Source: Edaphobacter aggregans
Lineage (GTDB): Bacteria > Acidobacteriota > Terriglobia > Terriglobales > Acidobacteriaceae
NCBI RefSeq assembly: GCF_003945235.1
Contig: NZ_RSDW01000001.1
Location: 4,230,001 to 4,262,000, forward strand
Length of the DNA stretch: 32,000 nucleotides
Reading direction: 5' to 3'
In this document: positions 30,670-32,000 of the stretch, piece after piece
How the letters are laid out: each line of letters starts with the position of its first letter
Numbering within the stretch: position 1 is the first letter of the stretch
Position numbers and translations under genes: made by a program
Notes under the pieces: model-generated
What the model was told of the DNA's origin: nothing
Seen by the model: only the letters and a program-made list of their open reading frames with translations
The model's database searches: none

Positions 30670-31976
30670 CGCCAACCGACCCAATACCTTTCGACCCCGA
30701 GTTGCTCGAGGTATATGGAATTATTCGAAGCACTCCCGCCTGGAAGGATGTGAAAGATTCCATGGCGCGCCTGGCCCCATTGCGCCAACCAGCGGCAAAG
30801 CCATACGATCAGATGGACCTGGACCGGGACAACGTATTGCGGTATGCGGGAATCCTGCGCAATTCATCTGATTCCATAGCCTATGCGATCTGCTTAGCGG
30901 CACACTTAGCCCGGTTTTCCAAGACGCAGGTATTCGAACAACGCCTGAATGAGGGGTTCCAGGCGCTCTCGACAGGGCTGGACCTCCCTGCTCTGGCCGA
31001 GGCCGACACCCGGACAGAGCTGGATCGATGCCTACGCGGAGTATTTCCGAACCAGAAGATTGAGCTGCCTTCGCTGCGTGCACCCGCTCCCGCTCCCGCG
31101 CCAGATGCTCCGCAGCAACCACGCCCAACATCCGAAACCCCCGATGTGGAATCTGCTGCCGCGCCCAGTGGGGACCCAGCCGCAGATGCGTGGCGCAACG
31201 CGCTGGAGAGAGTGCTCACCCAGATTCGGGACATGGACCCGCTGAATATCGATAGCGTGATTCAGAAGGCATACGATGTCTGGCAAGCTAGACTGATGGC
31301 CTTCTTATCGACCCAGCCTGAAGTCCCGCCCGACATCGATTATTTGCGCTGTCGTGCATTGAATCTACCGCCGGGGATGATCCTGCGAGGGCGTCTCAAG
31401 AACGTTAGCCTTCGCGAATGGAACGAGGCCTTCGTCGCCGGCATGTCGGAAACCGGTGTGACTTTCCCGGTTCCCCTTTGGTTTTCACTGGCAGCGCTTG
31501 GTGCGCTGGGGTTCGACGTTCCCCGAGATCTGAGTTCGGTTAAGTCAGCGGAGGAAAACAAAGCGGCTAGCGAGTTCATCTCGAAGATCCCACAGACTAG
31601 TCCCCCAAAAGGTCTGCTCATACTCCGGGTGACCGCCGAGTCACAGACTGCAGGCTGGAACATCTCCACTAGCATGCCAACCCTGATCATCACTCCCACA
31701 GACTTCCTCCGCGAAGGCAAGGCGAACCTGCAGTCTTATTTCCAGCCGAGACTGCACGGAGTCTTGATCGAGGTGGGCCGCGACGAGCAGCCGGCTGCAG
31801 CGTTAGCTCGCGCGAATGGCGCCGCAATCAAGGAAAAGCTTCCATCAGTACGATTGGGATTCTTGATGGCTGCGCAGCCTCAGAACGCAGTCCTGCCGTC
31901 GGGCTATAATAGTTTCGCAATAATGCCTACTGACGCGATGGATGCGTATACAAAGGCGTTCATGTCTACGTCATAA
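30666..31976 (+). CDS. Hypothetical protein, 436 aa, no recognisable domain; third gene of the coupled cassette
   Basis: GTG 30666 overlaps the upstream TGA (GTGA, 30666-30669). The ORF is uninterrupted, with a Pro/Ala-rich linker (RAPAPAPAPDAPQQPRPTSETPDVESAAAPSGDP) separating an N-terminal helical part from a C-terminal alpha/beta-looking part. The stop at 31974-31976 is followed by AAAAAAGC, close to the window edge. Confidence 0.65.
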   Translation: MTPTDPIPFDPELLEVYGIIRSTPAWKDVKDSMARLAPLRQPAAKPYDQMDLDRDNVLRYAGILRNSSDSIAYAICLAAHLARFSKTQVFEQRLNEGFQALSTGLDLPALAEADTRTELDRCLRGVFPNQKIELPSLRAPAPAPAPDAPQQPRPTSETPDVESAAAPSGDPAADAWRNALERVLTQIRDMDPLNIDSVIQKAYDVWQARLMAFLSTQPEVPPDIDYLRCRALNLPPGMILRGRLKNVSLREWNEAFVAGMSETGVTFPVPLWFSLAALGALGFDVPRDLSSVKSAEENKAASEFISKIPQTSPPKGLLILRVTAESQTAGWNISTSMPTLIITPTDFLREGKANLQSYFQPRLHGVLIEVGRDEQPAAALARANGAAIKEKLPSVRLGFLMAAQPQNAVLPSGYNSFAIMPTDAMDAYTKAFMSTS

Positions 31977-32000
31977 AAAAGCACAGCTGTTCCCCTTTGA

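Noticed and set aside
1-32000. A search by eye for tRNA, rRNA, CRISPR arrays, integrase/att sites and prophage head genes.
   Set aside because: None was seen. Nearly all sequence outside 26736-27943 is occupied by long + strand ORFs, and the intergenic gaps are under 90 nt.

Overview
All calls come from reading the ORF translations and DNA by eye. No HMM or BLAST search was run, and family names are recalled from motifs. All convincing genes are on the + strand, except one transposase relic on the - strand. The window falls into four blocks. (1) nt 1-19620 is the distal half of a phage-tail-like extracellular contractile injection system (eCIS, Afp/PVC type). It holds a baseplate J-like gene cut by the left edge, a P2 gpI-like baseplate protein and three proteins in the tail-fibre position (two share an N-terminal module, one has a TIG-like fold). 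These are followed by a secreted CARDB-like protein with a C-terminal anchor, an embedded Lgt-family paralog and a 703-aa protein in the tape-measure position. The block ends with an Afp15-like AAA+ ATPase and a 1343-aa DUF4157 (HExxH) putative cargo. The cargo carries about ten tandem PVQR/Lys-Glu-Asp units, an HNH-like motif and a Gly-rich beta-type C-terminus. (2) nt 19641-26735 holds a TPR protein and a 2011-aa single polypeptide with four or five glycosyltransferase-type domains and two SAM-methyltransferase domains, including an internal GT2-MT duplication. Gaps of only 20 and 6 nt link these genes to the cargo gene, so they are probably co-transcribed with the eCIS. (3) nt 26736-27943 is a gene-poor junction with an N-terminally truncated IS3-family (IS407-like) transposase relic that contains a 30-bp perfect palindrome. 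(4) nt 27944-31976 is a three-gene cassette with overlapping stop/start codons: a 3-TM protein with a BON-like domain, a KAP-like P-loop NTPase with a hydrophobic insert between Walker A and B, and a 436-aa protein with no recognisable domain. The best candidates for undescribed biology are the eCIS-linked TPR plus GT/MT megaenzyme, the repeat-bearing DUF4157 cargo and the three-gene membrane NTPase cassette. I saw no rRNA, tRNA or CRISPR array.
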